Shown here: in pieces, positions 26,364 to 40,414 of the stretch
Layout of the letters: every line of letters starts with the position of its first letter
Numbering within the stretch: the stretch's first letter is position 1
Origin: Ophelia neglecta
Taxonomy: Eukaryota
DNA length: 64,000 nucleotides
Assembly (NCBI GenBank): GCA_965285935.1
Contig: OZ260664.1
Location: forward strand, 23,932,001 to 23,996,000
Reading direction: 5' to 3'
Program-made: the position numbers and the translations under genes
The notes under the pieces: model-generated
Database searches by the model: none
Told to the model about the DNA's origin: nothing
The model's input: only the letters and a program-made list of their open reading frames with translations

Positions 26364-27458
26364 TCACCCTGCTAAGTGTAGTCTCTTACTGGCATAAACA
26401 TCGTCTGCTTCTGTTGAAGTGATATTACGTAAAATGGAGTCTGTCGTCCTTTCTTCCTTCGACGAGAAGCACGTTGTTTTCTTCAGAATCCAGTTTTGAA
26501 ACACCGGTATCCTAAACGCATATATTATAGGATTTATCGCTGAGCAGAGTATAGCAGGAATATACAAATATCCGCGTATCTTGGAAAAGTCGTAAGAAGA
26601 ATACACCTCGGCTGCCAAGGCACACTGAAGAGGTATCCAGCATATTAGAAATGTCCCCAAAACCAGCAATACAGTTGTTATCATTCTTATTTCTTTTTGA
26701 TAAATGTTCTTACTGTTTATTGAAGAAGACATGCCTTTAAATTTGCTTTTATTTATATGGGTCTTAACAGCTTTTAAGATAGGGATGTAGCTTAACAGAA
26801 TGAAAGCGGCTGCCAAAAAGAAAACTGGCGTGAACACAAATCTGTAAAAGTCCTTGTGAATATCTGTCATCAAATCACAATCCAGGTATATTTTACATTC
26901 ATTGCCTGCGTGTGCCCCATTCCGATGAAAATAAGACCACAATGTTGGAAGTAAAAAGCCAAACGCAAAAGAAGGCAACCAGACAAGGAGAAGACACAAG
27001 GTGCGAGCCCGTGATATTGTCATTACAACACGATATTTCAAAGGATGGAGGGTGGCTAAAAATCGGTCCATTGTCATCATCATAAGTCCGAGTACGGACG
27101 CGCTCTCTGGGAAGATGAAAACTGAGTAATTTAAAATACAAATAATGTCAATATGATTGGATAATTGGAGTTTTCTAATTACATGAATTATAACCCCGGT
27201 AATAGGCAAGGTAAGGCCTACCCACAAATCCGCGATCGCCAGTTGGAGAATGAACATATTAGTCACAGTTCGGGCGCCCCTTTTTCTCCTATAGCAATCT
27301 ACTACATATCCATTTCCTACACAAATTAAAACCGAGATGATGATATACAGACAGGGCAAGATAATGTCATTCAGCAATGAGGAGCGACTGGCTCTGTCTG
27401 GTTTGTCGCATGTTTCGTTGCCAGGCGTCTTGGTGAAAGTGGTAGGGAAACTCTCCAT
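26364..27458 (-). CDS. Intronless rhodopsin-class (class A) GPCR, adenosine-receptor/GPR119-like orphan, 364 aa
   Basis: Seven hydrophobic segments with GN (TM1), TNMFILQLAIADL (TM2), DRF (TM3), W (TM4), FLICWIP (TM6), NPIIY (TM7); N-terminal NET sequon; first ATG at 27458 (the track starts at TTG). Confidence 0.93.
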   Translation of the reverse strand: MESFPTTFTKTPGNETCDKPDRASRSSLLNDIILPCLYIIISVLICVGNGYVVDCYRRKRGARTVTNMFILQLAIADLWVGLTLPITGVIIHVIRKLQLSNHIDIICILNYSVFIFPESASVLGLMMMTMDRFLATLHPLKYRVVMTISRARTLCLLLVWLPSFAFGFLLPTLWSYFHRNGAHAGNECKIYLDCDLMTDIHKDFYRFVFTPVFFLAAAFILLSYIPILKAVKTHINKSKFKGMSSSINSKNIYQKEIRMITTVLLVLGTFLICWIPLQCALAAEVYSSYDFSKIRGYLYIPAILCSAINPIIYAFRIPVFQNWILKKTTCFSSKEERTTDSILRNITSTEADDVYASKRLHLAG

Positions 27459-27835
27459 TTCAGATAGGCATACATCAAGGACTTCACATAGAAACACAAT
27501 ATCCTTCAACTAAAAACGTGGTGTGACCGAAAGTCTCGACTTTTTCAGCCGCGTCCATTTCACTGAATGTAGGTCAGTCTCGATTCCAGGATATTTAGAT
27601 CTATAAAGACCGTGTGTCTAAACATTTCCCAAGTGCTGGCTTGTTCACCGGAATGCGTTTAATGAATACAACAATAAATACACATGGTTACTAAATACAA
27701 GCAAGGCAATCCTCTGGTAAAGTCAGTTAATTGGCCCATGCCTGGTATGGTTTGTTTGTTTAGCACGCCTTTGTCTGCCGATAATGTTGACATTATGCTA
27801 TCTCCTGACGACACGCACAGTTTGCTGTTGACCAT

Positions 27836-28045
27836 ATTCGATGCCAAATGACCCTTAGAACCTGTTTCAATGCAATAACGCAACTTAAGGCGATTTGGTT
27901 ACTTTAATTTCACTTTGAAGTTAAAATTTGACTAAGGAACTGGCCAGTCTAACAATGCCAACGTTGGTTAATGACACTATTCGATGCCAAATGCCCTTTG
28001 GAACATATTTCAATGCAATTAGCGCAAACTTAGGGCGATTGGGTT
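27836..28045. repeat. Direct repeat of ~65 bp, period ~143 bp, upstream of the GPCR
   Basis: attcgatgccaaatg.ccct..gaac...tttcaatgcaat..cgcaa.tta.ggcgatt.ggtt occurs twice. Confidence 0.75.
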
Positions 28046-28088
28046 GTTTATGTATATATCGTTAATCCCATTTAATCTAGCCATGCCC

Positions 28089-28315
28089 CCCGGGGGGGGG
28101 GGGGGAACTTACTGTATGTAGGTATACGGGTATGTGCCGCCCAAATGACCCTTTTTTTCCCTACATTATCTCACTCAATGACCCCTTTTTATCAACGTTT
28201 TCTCACTGGATGGCCGCTTGAAAGTTGTTTTTTTTCTCTCAAAATGATGACCCTAATTCCACGGCCCTATTTTTTTATCCCCGATACTGGGCCTTGGTAA
28301 AGTAAGTACCTCCCC
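28089..28315. mobile_element. Poly-G MITE of the CCCGGG(G)n family
   Basis: cccggg(g)n-aacttact...gggtatgtgccgc at left; agtaagtacctcccc at right; same layout as 2443-2808. Confidence 0.6.
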
Positions 28316-29768
28316 AAATTTATCTCAAATTTCTCTCTCGATGACCCTTTTAAGTTAAATTTTACTCTCTTGTTGCCATACATGAAATACAAATTAGCCA
28401 AATAGGCTTGCAAACCTTGTTTTTCGCTGTCTAATTATAAATTCCGTCTGGCATCATAGCAGCATAGGTAGACGAATGAACAAAATGTTATAATAGTTAA
28501 ACCGGTCAATAATGATTGGATTTATCTGCTATGATATGATGTGCATGCATAAGCAATCAACAGTTAGAGAAAAACTAACTAATATACCCCTTTCTATGAT
28601 AAAAATCTAAGATAAAAAAACGCCGTTATTGTAGTCGTCTTTGAAAAGTATAAGGCTTTCTTCTTTTCCATATTTCCGACAAAGATGGAGGCGAATTTAT
28701 TTTCCCATCGTTCTCTGGTACGGGCCACAAAAGAAGTGCCGGTCATACCAAGCGGGCGGAGTAATGCGTATGAAATAATACAGATACACCTCAAATAGAA
28801 CTAACCTCAGTAAAGCAGATAAAAATGATGAAACAAATGTGGCATGTTCATGGCTACCCTCATGCAGTGTGACATACTGCCTTACTTCACTAGTTCCTCT
28901 ATCGTGTATCCGTATGACCTTAGTAGGTCATGACCTGGCCAGTTCTGTGAGTAAGTAGGTCAATCAGTGTCACCTCGGTTGAACGATAAGGGTCGCTCAG
29001 ATAGAAGAGATCGGGCTACACAACTTTTACTTTGGTCGTCCAGTACAACCCATCGAGTCGCAAAATATATCAGGTTTAATCATGGCTCGATTCAAATAAG
29101 ATTCGTGATATATATACTTTAAACATGACTGTTTCCATCGTACCCTCCTTGTTCCTCGAAAGTTAGTGCCATCAATATCGATGTAAAGGCCTTGGTTATA
29201 GAGGTCATTACAAACATGGTATCTTAGTAACCCTTCGCCTAGCAACAAGATCTTTGATGCCATTTTCTTTTGTGAGAAATCTATTTGCCTCTTTAAACAC
29301 TGCGACTGTAGCCCGTGCAGATCTGCGCATTGAAATATTCCATTCACAAAGAATCAATTTTGGATTTTATAGCTTGGCTTGTAAGTGTGTCTTGTCAATC
29401 GGCAGCCAAGGCAAGAAAGACCAAATATCCACACAACAATGGCCGCACTGCTGAAGGCGATGACTCTCCGTAAACAAGTTAAGTAGGTTGAAGAACTTTC
29501 TGAAAATATTAATAATCTTACGCATTCAATCTCCTAGGTCTTACCTTGCAAACGTATTAGGTCTATTGGTGCTTATACTATAAAACAATTAGCCAAATCA
29601 GTATTAAATTTACATCTTTAGCGATATCAATTTGATGAACAGTTTAACTCTGCTAAAGAGCTGTTTGAGTTTGTCAAAGTGTGTTGAATAACATTCTCGG
29701 CTAGTAAACTTAGACAGAAATCAATAGCCGGTAACAATTTGTGATGCCAAATTCTGACTAACAGTTCC

Positions 29769-30157
29769 CCAATATTACATCTGTCAAATTATAAATCCCG
29801 GCCAGATACACAGAAGTTACTAGGCTCTAAAAACTTTATTATGTCTCTGAGAGATTTGCTTCTTGTTTTAAGAAATGAAGCATAATAATAGCTTTAAAAT
29901 GGCACATGTATTTTTGCTGTGGAATAGATATTTTGTTGAAAACTAAGATTATCAAATTCGAACACGTACACCAATATTACATCTGTCAGAAAATGAATCC
30001 CGGCCAGATCCACAAAAGTTACAAGGCTCTAAAAACTTTAATATGTCTCAGGAGACTTGCTTCAAGTTTTAAGGGCTGAAGCATAATGATAGCTTTAAAA
30101 TGGCACTTGTGTTTTTGTTGTGGGGTAGAGAGTTTTTGTAAACTAAGAATATTCAAT
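29769..30157. repeat. Tandem duplication, period 202 bp
   Basis: ccaatattacatctgtca...atcccggccagat...ggctctaaaaacttta...agctttaaaatggcac at 29769 and 29971. Confidence 0.9.
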
Positions 30158-31838
30158 ATAATACCCAGCAAGGAGTGTAACCCAATCAATCCATGGCGGG
30201 ATCAAGCAGTCTGGCCGTATCAATTTACTTGACCAGATACAGCCTTAACCAGACAATACTTTATAGAAACAAATAATTCATAGGTACTGAAGCTTATATT
30301 ACATTGAAATCGACAATTTCTGTTAATAATTTAGGTAATTAGGTGATACACTCAAAAGAATTCTCATGATCATGGCGCTTCTCACGACGCTCACGCGAAA
30401 TCGCGCAAAGTCTCGACGAGTGCGAGATCTTGTTTCTTGTGTCCCAGGTTATATTAATTTGAAGATGAACATGAAGGTGAAATCAGATCACTTTATAAGA
30501 TGTGAAAAATGTCCTTTCCTTTAGGGTTTTCAATGCTCTTCTGGGCTCTAACTGCTATAAAAAAGAGGCTGCATTCATCATTTTTGTAATTTGAACTTTA
30601 AAATGTACACGAAAATTAATAGGAGTACGTGTACTTTCAATAGGTGTCCAATGTACTTCTAGGTTCTAACTGATACAATAAATGCTGAAATCATGATTTT
30701 TATAAATTTGACCTTTAAAAGTAGGCCAAGGTCAAATCTAATATTGCCACCAGAATTGCACTGTTTTGATTCCTATCAGCTCCCACTACATGTAAAAGCT
30801 TTACTGCTCAAATCCAGGTAGATGCCATTATTCCTACCTATGCATTAATATAAACTAAAACATTGAACAAGTCATGTTATCATTGAAATTAAATAGATCG
30901 ACATAGACTATGCACAATTCCATATGATATTCGTCCAGTCTGTCAGAATGTATGATAGGCCGATGTCTAATATGTGAAGGTGGGAATATTAAATAGAACT
31001 TAATTTGCATACTTGTTTGCATATCAAACCAGAGGTGGGCAATGCAGTAACTCGTGAAAGACAAAAGGAATATCATGTGACTGCTTTCTTTCTTTAAAAG
31101 CATTGCTTAATTATCTGCTTTATTTACAGGTGGCCTTTTTAAAGTGTAACTGTAAAGCTGTGTATTAACTTTAACTGCATCTTACTACGGGAAACGCAGG
31201 TAAATAAATACCATGTGGATGTTTTTTTAAAGTTGACAATGTGCAAATAATCCAATTGAGGAAGAGGTGATTATAATTTGTTTGTGCTCATCTTAGATGG
31301 CCTTGCCCGTGTCAAAAGTCTGGTCCCTTAAACTACCAGAAATGTAATAACAATCAAGTTAAGCTGGACATGGGAATTCAATATAGGAGGGGCATTTGTG
31401 GCATTGAAATAATGAGTCGGCCAAGCCAAATCTTATTTTTAGGAATTGACTTACATCGTTTCTCTAACTTGTACATCTGGTCTAACATGAAGGCTGATGC
31501 ATGTGGCAGAAAGGACAACCTCAAAAATAGATCCGCCTCACAGATGGCATCTAAGTTCCATTCACACTTTGTGCTTTCCTTGCCAAATAATATTTTTTAA
31601 TGCCTTGTTTTTATCAGTAAATTTTTATTCAGTAAAATTACTGCAACAGGTACATTAGGATCTGTCTTTGCAATAGATTGATCGAAATTGAAGTCATAGC
31701 ATGTAGTATAAAATGCATTTCCATCTTGCCTTCCGTACAATGTATACATTATTAGGTTTACTTTGATTTTTAATTCCTGGGAGCTGCCTGATTATCCATA
31801 TGTTTCTTTTGAAATGTGCTTGATAGTCATGAGGCATC

Positions 31839-34800
31839 TCAGATTCGCGCTAAATTTGACAACGTGCTGCCGAGACACGAGGTTATTACTACAATAAAAG
31901 TCTGTGTTATCACAGGTCCGGAACTAGCGGTTGGGCATAACTCGCGCGGACCAGGGGCATTCATTTGCTTCAGACCCCTTTCAAATTCAATGGGAGGCGT
32001 CTCGGGCTCAAATGGCACCTTTACCTTAATGGCAAAGCCATCGCCGTCGTCCTCAAAGCTAACTGGATTATACGTAGAAGTCCAAAGCGGTCCCACGCCC
32101 ATAGCCCTGTAATCATTTCCTGTGACATGGACTAACTCATAGATTGCACTGTCTCCGTACCTCATGTACAGCATACTATCAGGATTGTCATGATACACCG
32201 TCAGATTTCCATAGGCAAAATTCCCAAACTCTCCCCCGAATTTACTGTTGTCGCTCTGCACGCCCGTGTTAAACTTTGGCGACAACCGTGCTTTTTGTAT
32301 GTTGTTTCCGTTGCCTTTGAATGACGATGGACACGCCCTTGTTAGGTCGACCCACGGCGATTCGCCAAGAAGAAGGTCTATGATAAACATATGGATGAAA
32401 TCTCTGCCAAAAGGAGGCACAGGTCCATTGACAGCCACGTACACACCAATATCGCTACCGTTTGTAGGCATCAGGGTGATGAGGGAGGTGTAACCACTAA
32501 TACTACCACTGTGTGTGGAGAGGGGCCAACCTATAAACATTTTAATGTTGTAGTTTTCATGTTAGTGTTCCAAGAAAACGAAAAGAGAACTAATTAAAAA
32601 ATATAACAGCTGAGATACAATACCTTTATAATGACCTTCGAACCAGCCAAGGCCCACTCGCCCGGATGACTTGGTAAAGGGAGTGCTTGGTCTTTCAACA
32701 GCCGGAGATGAAGGAATGACATTAACAGGAACGTGCAAATCCTTCAAAGAAATTAATATGAAGGTATCCTAATTATCTTCTAATGCAATCAACTTTTCAA
32801 CTGATAAACTAAGTTGTCGTTAAGTTGATAATATATTGCATATTGTTACACCATGTGTGCATATTTACCCTAAGTCGATGACAAAAGAAGTTAGTATAGC
32901 GAACCTTGAAAAATGATTTTCGTTTTACTTAAGTTTTGAAACAGATAGGCCTATATCGTATTCACCAATAAACTGCATTTTTGAAGAACGGGAAGATGAA
33001 CAGCAACATTCTTGTTGAACAAGGGCTTTAATATGAGTGTAGAGTGAAACAAGCCGGCAAAAATGTTGGTGTGCGAAATACTGAGTCGCAAAGGTGTATA
33101 CTGTTGGGGTGGGGAAGCGGGGATGGGATCCGCATATGGGCCACACTCTCCACTGCTGGAAAGAGCCGTCAAGGCAACAGGTTTGGTAAATTACACCACT
33201 TGTCACATTTATAATATCACATTTTGTGACATATGACGATATGCATATTGTGCCAAATTTCAATAGAAAACAGATCTATTTGGAAATCTTTATTATACAT
33301 AACTTTCCCTGAAATGAAATTTGTATCCAGTCACTTCAACCTGTAGTAAGACAATGCAATTAAATAAATTCCAAATAATATATGCCCATGCACAGCTAAA
33401 ATTAGCCCTACAAGCACCTGCTAACCACTGTTTCTTTACTTCCAATCAGGCTTTAGTGTGCGAAATGAAACTATTGGTTAACAGTACGAAACATCTCTAG
33501 CTGGCAAAAATTATTGGCAGAAAACAAGACAAATTTACATGGAAAGGTCATATAAGAAAGGTCATATAAGGTAGCCAGTAGTAAAACTATACTACTTGCC
33601 AATGGCGCTATGCATAAAAATGTACCGAGTGCAAAAAGCAAGTGTAGTCAAGACTAAGATGGCAGCCACAAAGAACAGTCAAAGTCCGAAATGTGTTTGC
33701 GGGTATGCATGCCTCTCCTCGCCTTACTCGCTAAACTTTGCTAAAAGGTTAGTAGAAAGTATAGATCTGATATTTTAGGCGTTGTATATAAACAATTTAT
33801 TATGGCATTAATGTAGCCCAGCCTTCGGTGAACAGTGAGCACGACACTGGCTTTCAAAAATAGAAATACCGGAAAGCACAATATAGGCTTAAGCAGACGA
33901 ATGAAAAGTCTCTTAAGTTGACAAACTACAGATCGACACATCTGATTAATGGGAAAGACATATCTATACTGCGTAAAGGGGCCAGAATATACAAACCTGG
34001 AAGAGATGGTTTTAGCAAAAAATTGTTTCAATTTTAGTCCGAGCGCTTACGTACCTTCATTAAAGATTCAGAGATCACACGTGTTCCTTCGGCCGACAGT
34101 CCCCTTTTTGAATGAAATATCATCCACTTTGCCATGTCTTTGGCATTAGTGGAAACGCCACCAGGGGCACTTATAGTGCCATAATACAAACTACAATGAA
34201 TACACACTCGTTTTCATTAAAGCACATTTTCCATATTTGGAGAGAGCACTATATTTACGGTACATGGAAGCAAAAGACAAAATACCCAAAGACAAAATAA
34301 ATTTATAAGCAGTATGAAATAATTTTCAATGTGATTACTCCTATACTATATCAAACATATAGTATTGACAAGTTTGAACTGATACTGGTAATTTCAAAAT
34401 AAGGACTGGAAGGTAATGCCAGAATAAATAAATACCATGCTATATGGCTAGGCAGGGAAAATACGAATCTCCCTTTAGTTACTAGAGAACACGATATAAT
34501 CAGGTGCACGGTACTACAAATTCGCATAACCTGGTTGTCCTTTTTATATTAGGACACGTCTAGCTTGATTCAACTATCGCAGGCGATGGGTTGGACCAAT
34601 TTTTCCGATGGCAAGCAGTGGCGTATGATAAACATGTTTTTTACTAATCTTGTGAATAAGCTGACGAAACACTGGCCAGGAACATAAGAATCATCGTGGA
34701 GCTGCAAATATCACAATGTAAAAACATAGTCCAGCAACAATAAAAACAATGGGCCTTAGATTTATACGAAAACAATTATATGTCTCCTTTCTGTCTGTTT

Positions 34801-36901
34801 CATATTCAATAGGCCTTTATATTTGGATCGCCCATTTGCATATTTGGTACTTCAACAATATAAGGCAGTAGTACGTACGCGGCGTTTTCTAAAGGTATTT
34901 CACTCAATGTGTTGCCATCTCTGCCGTACGCAGTAGCAAAATTATTCCACATGTCTCTGGCTTCATTTACAAAGGTTGTGTCATTCATATGAAGAGGAGC
35001 AAACAGCTTGCTTCTAGCCACGTCTTCCCATGGCAGGTTGTATCTCTTCTGTATGATGTAGGAGGCCAATCCGTACATCAAATTATTGTACTTGTAACCA
35101 TCTCGGAACTCTTGAGTAAACTCTAAAAAGCGTAGTCGCCTATAAAGTAATGATATAATGTTTTATATAGTGCAATTCATTATTTACTTGAAACACTTTG
35201 GTTTCTTCATTAATATTATTTGAATTAAGCAGCTCTAATGATTTTTATATTCTGTGTATCATCGACTCCAATAAAAATCAGCTTGTTTCGAAGGGTAATT
35301 GTTTTGCAATGCCCCTTTCCAATGTTAAGAATAAGAATGAACTAGAGTATTAACATGGTTTTCAAAGTTTGATTATCAGATGAAGTATGCTTAAGATCAG
35401 AATCAATTGTTTACTCCATAAGTTCGTCAATAGAGAAGCCATGGATTCTCGTAACATCGTTTCTGGGTAGACCTGTTCTGTGGGCTAACAAATCTCGTAT
35501 GGTAACCTTCTGGGTTCTTATTGGATCGCTAAAGTGAAAGTTTCCAATTTCGTCTTCGACCCTGCTCATCCAACTCATTCTAGAATACAGAAAGACGTAC
35601 AAAACCATGCATTTCTTTTATAAAACAACAACATTTCTATCTTTATAAATCGTCGATAAATGAGACAGGAATGTAACTTCCTCTCAGCGCATTTGACTGC
35701 GTGCGTGTTGTCTGTTGTTTACGTAGCCGACCGAACCCATGTGACCTTTCCCGGTTGCCAAGATATCGATCTCTATGATGATATACTAGTCGAATGTATG
35801 TTACCCTTCATGTTCCTCGATGGTTTTTGCCATGGTGGTAGCCACAAAGGCTTTGGTTAAAGATGCAATGACAAACATCGTGTTTTCGTCGACAGGCTCC
35901 AACGTCTGCAAGTTCTTTACCCCATAACCTTTTGTCAGATATGGCTAAAATAAAACAAATTAAGACATGAAATTTAATTTACACGTTTTCAAATTTACAT
36001 AATTACCTTTCTTCCCATTGATAATTGATGTCATTTATACTAATAGGCATCATGCCTGCAGTATCCTGGCGTTGTGCTTCATTGTCTAATTTCATCGAGT
36101 ATACATTTTCCTAATATATTAGTCAGATCACTTTTTATGAAGTTTAAGTGGATGCAGTTGAGTTATCGTAAATTATCATTTTTTAACACAAATAAGTAAG
36201 ACGCTCAGGATAACGATTTCAATATTATAAATTATAGATGACCCTCAAAAACGCACATGTTGAACCCAATCCGTCAAGCATGGGGATAGGGCCGGTAGGC
36301 AGTTCGGGCAGGGAACACTGCCCAACCAGGTGCACTGCTTAGTTTTCAGAATATGTGCGATAAAATAAATAACAAACCATATGTATAAACTCCGTTATCA
36401 ACTACCATTCATCGATGACAATCATATTATATTTGACTTCAGTACTTCATAAAAAAACCGGGGCGGATGCCCGACAGACAAGGGCAAATCAATATTAAAG
36501 AATATTCCAATAAATCTGCCCGAAATCATCAGGAAACATCAGCCATAGCACCGCGCGTATTAATATATCAAGTTCCGGCTCCCACACAGTTAATAAACAT
36601 GTAACTCGATGAAAACATTCCGAAAGAAAAACATGATAGCACTTGAGAAGTAGTCCCCTGTAGTGCAAACATCGATACTTTGGAAAAACTTATGTGTTCA
36701 TGCTAACTTTCTGTGATGTATCATGTAAGGCGTACCTACCTGGCCATTTTGTACAACCGTTAAGGACACCCCTGTCATATCTGAGCAATTCAACAAGCCG
36801 TTGACAAAATCATCGACTTGTTGAATAAAATATGTCTTCTCCATGCATAAGGTACAACGAATAGAGACATACACGAGGTAATCGACAATATTGCGCCACA
36901 T
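31839..36901 (-). CDS. Secreted serine beta-lactamase/penicillin-binding-protein-like hydrolase (AmpC/PBP fold plus DUF3471-like C-terminal domain), ~557 aa, 7 exons
   Basis: Exons 36901-36740, 35944-35805, 35579-35415, 35139-34879, 34190-34055, 32741-32624, 32530-31839; all GT-AG and phase-consistent (1674 nt). Motifs SLTK (SxxK), LLAHRTG, YNN (YxN), HSG; hydrophobic N- and C-termini. Confidence 0.92.
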
Positions 36902-38439
36902 TTTTCGAGGGTAGGATTAACCAACAAACTGTTGAAGCAGGAATCAGAAACTAATCAAGAAAATACTAGTTCCTAAAACACAACCAAAATAGTCTTCATA
37001 ACGCGATATCTTCCAGATAAGATTAAGTAATACAGCGCAATGAAAATGGGCCTTTCAGTATTTATCATACGTAGTAGTTCAAGCCTTTCCTAACCATCTA
37101 ATTAATCATGCCATCCTTTTCAGATAATCCCCGACGTTTATATTTTGTTCCGTACAAAGAGCAGTTTTTTTGTACAAAGTGTAGTATGTGGCTTATTATA
37201 GACACGTAGCAGTTGGTTTTTCACTCTGCAGTTATAAACTATGCAGACTAAAACAGGAATTTCCTTATTAACAGATAAAGATTCCTCCGATTTATTCAAG
37301 TACACCACCCGTCTTTGGGACTTGTGGAATTTCATAAAGATTCCGGAATCCTATAAAAGTTTCTATCATGTTTAAGGAAAGTCCATATACGATAGGTCAA
37401 GCTGTTTTATACAGTTCTATTGCCATTGTTTTAGCGCCATCGCAGAAAAAGGCTAAATGGTGATCTATTCCGCTCAGCCTAGGTCTAGGTGTCATGTGTA
37501 TCTGGTTCATACTGATTTTCAACATCCGGGGTTGAAAATGTTCATGCTAAGCACTAAAAGCGTGGCTGGTTCACTTTATAGGGTCAACAGCTTAATGCTC
37601 TATCAAGGAGGTTTCATACCTACATTTCCCTCTTTAGTACGCAAGAACAGTTTAGGTCCCTCTCTTGACTGGTGATCATTGAGAGAGTTGTATATGAGTC
37701 TTATAGACTCTCCTAGGGCATATTTAATCTTTATCCTACCTCCACCACTGGAGCTCTGAGTCACATAAAGAACATCTCTGTTTACTACTTTTATTTCAAA
37801 AGTATGAATGGTATACTTTCATTTTTTTCAGTTGGACATTACATGTTTTTTTACTGCTTGGGAGCTTGGATTGATGTATGTGGACCTGTGGCATGATTTC
37901 AGTCTGGTTTAATCGACTATTCTTTATTTAAGATTTTGCTTTCTCTGCCTGGTATCAACGCACGTTTTTCATATATAATTCGCAATTGGTAACACTTTGT
38001 TGTACTAAGCAATTCACACGTGTCACGACATGAGTTCGTAAAACATGTTTATTTAAAGAAATAGTTTTCTGTTAACAAACTGGTATGTTTCAAACATATT
38101 GGTCAGTCATACATCTGATGGAACAGGGATTTGAGTGTTTTTACTGATCAATAAAATCCTCTAAACTTAATGGAAAACACTTACTCCTATCATAAACGTG
38201 TGAACCTGATATTTATTCACAATAGTCGCATTTACACACATGCACACACAAGCACGTTTTACAGTAGTTACTCCTGTATGTATAGGCATATTTTTAGGAC
38301 GCACGTACAATAAATAATATATACAACACAATACACAATATATTACCAAATAAAAAACATGAAGCACAGACGAACATTCAACAGTCACAAGTACATGCAA
38401 CACAGGCACAAACACTCGCACCCCTAAATTTAATTCAAG

Positions 38440-38685
38440 GCTAGCGCTCTCGCTGCCCCGGATGATAGATATTCATCTCTCACCCGAAACAGCGAGAAAA
38501 CCACACCTGCTAAAATATGTACAATTTAAGGTATCTCGATAACACGAGCTAAGTAGACTATTAGTAAATTCAATTTAAGAATAGCACTCTGGCACTCCCG
38601 GGCGAGAGATATTCATCTCTCACCCGAAAAAGCGACAAAACCACACCTGCTACAACATGCACAATGTTGAGGTATTTTGATGATA
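38440..38685. repeat. Tandem duplication, period ~140 bp
   Basis: gatattcatctctcacccgaaa.agcga.aaaaccacacctgcta repeated near 38467 and 38607. Confidence 0.8.
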
Positions 38686-38806
38686 TAATGTTAGTGCATT
38701 TCTCGTCTTCCGAGAAGTTTATAAAGGCGATGGGAGGTTTAATAATTTCGAATGTATAATGACCAAGTTTCATGAATAGCCCGACAAGTTAGCAGAAAGC
38801 CCTTAA

Positions 38807-39200
38807 GGCTCCTATACACTGCGCGGAGGTCATTGGGCAACCATTGAGCGATTAACTGTTGGTCCGATCTTCCTACCATCTCCTAAAGCTTAAAAACACT
38901 TTTCAGTGTAAACTGTCGGTGGATCATTGTGCGCTCATTGAGCGATCAAAAATTCCATTTGAAGAAACTTCCATGGCGATCTATAAAGAACTTTGAGCGA
39001 TCTTGGTGTCATTGAGCGTTCATTGAAAGATCATTGAGAGATCAATGGAGATCAAATCTAATGCCGCGACTATTGAGAGTTTGCTGAGAGCTTGATGAAC
39101 GACCAAGAGAGACCATTGGGACACCAGGAGAGATCGCTGAGGGATCATTGAGAGTTCCTCGGGAGACCAGGGAGGTCGCTGAGCGTGTCTTGGGCTACAG
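38807..39200. mobile_element. Probable end of a PIF/Harbinger-type element with subterminal cattgagcgatc repeats
   Basis: taa|ggctcctatacact start followed by about ten degenerate (c)attgag(c/a)g(a/t)tc motifs; other end not found. Confidence 0.45.
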
Positions 39201-40414
39201 GGAAGCCTCTGGGTATTCAGATATATGTGAGAGGTTTCTGGTGTTCTGCCATCAGTCTCTGAGAAGCTGTTGAAGAAGACATTTCCAGAAGTTTAAGAGT
39301 CCAGCTTCAGTGTACCAGAGAGGCATCCTTATCCACTGAATATACTCCTTTGTATTCTGACCAAATATCCGTTTTTGTCCATCCATTTGATCCTTTACTA
39401 TCAACAGCATTACATTTAAAGTTGTCTTAAGCGAGACTCTCGCACGCCTCTGCATCGAGAATAGTGTGTTGTTTAACATTAATTTCATGTAATAGAAATT
39501 TCTTACTGGAGTCCTTGTATGAAGACTTTATTTATCTTAAAAATTAAATTGATTGAAATTTTATGTTCAGCCCCTAGAGCCTTGGATAGGCGCTATATAA
39601 ATCAATCTATTATATATTACCCAATTGTTTACGATTTTTCTCGGCCGCTGGCGGACGGTACGCCCCCAACTTTTGGCGACGCCTTTCTGTCCGCTCCAAT
39701 CGTGGAATTTTTTATTTCGGACCAGTTCGGTGCGATGTAAACCTTCGAACCGTGCGCGTTACTCTTTTCGCTCGCCTCTGTCGTCTGCCGATCGCCGCCA
39801 TTTTATCCGGTTGGGTTGGACACTACCCTTCGCAGCAGGTGCCAATGCTTATCGCATCTAGCTTCTCCGCATCACCGCTACAGGCGAAGAGAACAGAGCT
39901 GTGTGCACTGCTACGAAGGGAAGGTGGACACCCGACCATGCAGTCTCGATACGAACGACTCGCAGCTTTGAATATTCGTACGCCACAGTCAGCTGTGTAT
40001 TTCTTGGGAAAGGAGGCCGATTTGATGAGTAATATATTGTCGGATACTTGCTGCATGAGTCGATTCGATTTGTTTGTTTATTAGAATGTTTTCGACATCA
40101 CCAAAACCCTCTGACAAAATAGACAGTTTGTACTACTTTTTACCAGTCTACGGCTCACTGACTTCGTATCAATGCGCTGGATTCCTTTATAGCTTGACCC
40201 GACCTATTTTCATTCCCACGCGTGTTATTGTTTGTATATATATAAGGACAGCGATGGCTATATGTACATATGCCCAGTGGACACCTTGCACTGGCAGAAT
40301 ATATGCAAAAATTGAGGTATTATTGGCAGAGTAATGTGTTGGTAACAAACTATTGCAAACGCCTGATGTTTTGGGATATCATTGACAGCAACAAGTACGG
40401 GAAACGTCATGAAT

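Noticed and set aside
29027-29347. ORF with KILLLGEGLLRY, weakly SGNH-like
   Set aside because: No catalytic GDS serine and no further motifs.
31839-36901. Bacterial contamination or antibiotic-resistance gene
   Set aside because: Six canonical spliceosomal introns and a local paralogue with shared intron positions.
39252-40084. Short ORFs and a GC-rich patch
   Set aside because: No identifiable motifs; probably TE debris.
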